This document shows, in pieces, positions 61,177 to 64,000 of a stretch of 64,000 nt of DNA. The notes beneath the pieces were generated by a model, which worked only from the letters and a program-made list of their open reading frames with translations, was not told the origin of the DNA and ran no database searches. Position 1 is the first letter of the stretch. Every line of letters starts with the position of its first letter. The DNA is from Antedon mediterranea (Eukaryota; Animalia; Echinodermata): positions 1 through 64,000 of the forward strand of contig NC_092671.1 of the NCBI RefSeq assembly GCF_964355755.1. Direction: 5' to 3'. The position numbers and the translations under genes were made by a program.

Positions 61177-61642
61177 TAAAATGAATCTACACTAATACGA
61201 GTTTTGATTTGATGATATTAATTAATAAATACTAGGCCTACTTATTAATTACATTAAGAACCCAATAGCATATTAAAGATATTTAGGTCTACGACCCAAT
61301 AGTAGGTCGTATCAGATATTATTTTTTGAAGTTGAACGACCTTTGTCACGAACGAAAGGCTCTTTTCTTATCGTTATGGTATTGTAGCTAGCCCATGGCT
61401 AGCCTAGCCAAGCTTGTGTAGGCCTATGCAATGTATTACTTTTGAATTTAAAATGATTATGTACAGTAGGAATTCCTATGCACAGTGTATGTTTTTTATA
61501 CCTTTTAAAATAATATTATTAAATTAATATTTATATTGTAAGGTAATGGAAATTTTACGTTAACGATGTACGTATTATCCCCAATCATGAAAAATAAAGA
61601 TTTCAGACTTTTAATAATAGGCCATTTTGGAGTTTTAATTAA

Positions 61643-62192
61643 AGATGTATTGTCCCTTGAAACAAAAAAAATGAAGGTCAAAATATTCTAAATTTAAATT
61701 GGCCATATCAAAGTAATATTAAAGTTATTCACTTTAAGTCGAAAAGTTGAGCCAAAAACAATATTAAGTTTACGTAATTAACAGGTAAATTAAATAGATT
61801 ACATTTCGTCTGGAAAATCGTCGCAAAGATCGTCGTAAACAAAGATTTCAAACCACAAGTAGTATGCATGATGCTAATTAGGATTGTTTACCACCCGTCA
61901 CGGTTGAGAAGGTGTTTTCACACAGATCGCTAGGAAGTTTTATGATTATGCATACAGTGTAGCCAAACAAGCGTGTTGCATTATGAGATATGTTTTGATC
62001 GAAAACTTTGACTGGAAGTCAAAGTTATTTTTTGAACAAAAAAACGTCTGTATTTCAGTTAAATGATTTTTTTTTTCGACTAATTTTAGGTGAAAGTTAA
62101 TAACTGTTATGATACTTCAAAATGACCCACTTTTTTTTCGAAATATAAAATGTTTAATTTTTTTTTTAATTAGTCAAAGGGACAATACATCT
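61643..62192. mobile_element. Complete 550 bp MITE with TTAA TSD (Kolobok-like, RR termini)
   Basis: TTAA|AGATGTATTGTCCCTT ... AAGGGACAATACATCT|TTAA. Confidence 0.88.
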
Positions 62193-62969
62193 TTAAGTTA
62201 TAGGCCTACAACTAAGATTATTGTTTATTATGTGTATATGTAATTTGGAAAATCATAAAAAATACATGCAAAGTAAAAAACATTCAATTACGGTACTGAC
62301 ACGACTACAAATACATTTATAATAACACATTTTCCAGGAAGCTTATAATATGTGATACTATCATCTTATCATGAAGATCGGTTTTCTGTATTCCATATTC
62401 TTGATTTTATTTTTTTATTATGGTTTCTGAAATTAATTTTTTTTTTAAATTGTTCATTTTAATTCAAAATTTCCACCGGCCAAGATATCAATAATTATTA
62501 AATTAACACAATATTAAACGCTTTATTAAGCAAGCATGTATTTCTATACATTACAACTTACAAAAATACATGTTACTATATAGGCCTATAATTCATTTCA
62601 AATGTTACACTTAAAAACCCGAAGAAAATTGTAATTTTCTTGATAAAAACATCTGTTAGTGCTACTGTACATATAATTTCTAACCTGCTATTTATTTTAT
62701 TAAAATAAAAAATAGTACTGTAGCTGGAAATGTACTACATTGAAGCACACGTACGTAGGGCTAGATGGGCTAGGCTAGCTTGGCCTTGCTTGTGACGACC
62801 AACAAAGTGCTGCTGCTGTGTGTGTTAACTGTTTGTGAATCTGATGGTACATACATTGGTTTGTGGCTGCTTATACAGTATTATATTATTAAAATTATAG
62901 GCCTATTATTATTATTACAATGAGGTTCAGTACTACTATTAATATTTATTATTATATTTACAGTGAGTA

Positions 62970-63865
62970 TATTAGGACCAGATAGTGTGCACTCTCGACT
63001 TTTATAAGAAACGGCAAATGAAATTAGTCCAATTCTCAGCACTTTATTTTCCAAGCTTTTACATGAGGGAACTATTCCTGAACAATGGAGGCAAGCTAAT
63101 GTTTCACCAATCTATAAGAAATGCTGTAAAACTAATCCTCTAAACTATAGGCCAGTGAGTTTAACGTCAATACTATGTAAAACCATGGAGACATTCATCA
63201 AGAATGAAATATCGAAACATGGAAGATAATAAACTATTTTGTAACGAACAACATGGGTTTCGCAAGGAAGATCCTGCAACACGCAACTGCTTGAGGCCAC
63301 TGAGAAATGGTCTTCAGTGATAGATGAAGGACACTCTGTCGATATCTTGTACTGATAATGATTTTCAAAAAGCTTTTGACTCTGTTCCGCATGAAAGACT
63401 TCTCCATAAAATGCATACATATGGTATTCGTGGTGAATTGTTGATGGACTAAAATATACTTGTCAAATCGTGTCCAGCGAGTGGTGGTAAATGGCGAAGT
63501 TTCGGATTGGATATCGGTCCAGAGTGGTATTCCTCAAGGGAGTGTATATGGTGTAATCTGCTTTACAATATTTATCAACGATCTGCCTCAATTAGTTAAG
63601 TCACCTCTTTTTTTTGTTTGCTGATGATTCAAAGACATACAAAGCTGTTGATTCAGACATAGATGCTCTTGATTTTCAGGCGGACATTGATAAGATGTAT
63701 AAATGGTCAGTAAAGTGGCAGTTGCCCTTTAATATTAATAAATGTAAGGTTATGCATCTCGGTAAAAAATCCTTGAACACAACATACTTTATGGGAACAG
63801 GTTCAGTAGAATTCAGTTAGGAGTTGTAACTCAGATTAGAGATCTTGGTGTTTTAGTTGATCATA
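62970..63865 (+). mobile_element. Degenerate CR1-type LINE RT fragment
   Basis: GPD..H.RL, WRQANVSPIYKK, NYRPVSLTS, QHGF, DF.KAFDSVPH, SGIPQGS and FADDSK with stops and frameshifts. Confidence 0.9.
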
Positions 63866-64000
63866 TGGATTCCTTTTAGCGAAAAAGGACAATTCAGAAA
63901 ACAGCTATTTTGGCACTCGTCACAGATCAGTGCACACAGCCACAAATATTCTGCTGAGCAGTGTACTGTTTAGACTATTCCATTCTCAAAATAGGTAAAT

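Overview
Left end of an AT-rich animal chromosome. The TTAGGG telomere and Deu-domain SINEs suggest a marine invertebrate, possibly an echinoderm; this is an inference. A ~4.7 kb (CCCTAA)n array and a 230 bp satellite join directly to a truncated TTAA-type MITE, then a Penelope-like GIY-YIG remnant with a hammerhead ribozyme motif, and a near full-length CR1/L2-group LINE. Three intact spliced housekeeping genes were reconstructed exon by exon by hand: AARSD1 (- strand, 12 coding exons), DPP8/9 (+, 15 coding exons) and BLOC1S6/pallidin (+, 5 coding exons). AARSD1 and DPP8/9 are head-to-head and are separated almost exactly by a ~10 kb foldback-like structure with tandem-repeat-containing inverted arms. 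DPP8/9 and BLOC1S6 have each tandemly amplified the segment spanning their stop codon, and an Academ transposon with an abnormally extended inverted repeat sits in the BLOC1S6 array. All three genes have TAGGCCTA/CTAG patchwork DNA just inside the first intron. Introns and intergenic DNA also hold a Helitron, Helentron-like elements, SINEs, MITEs, LINE fragments and minisatellites. All family assignments come from recognising motifs by eye; no database search was run.
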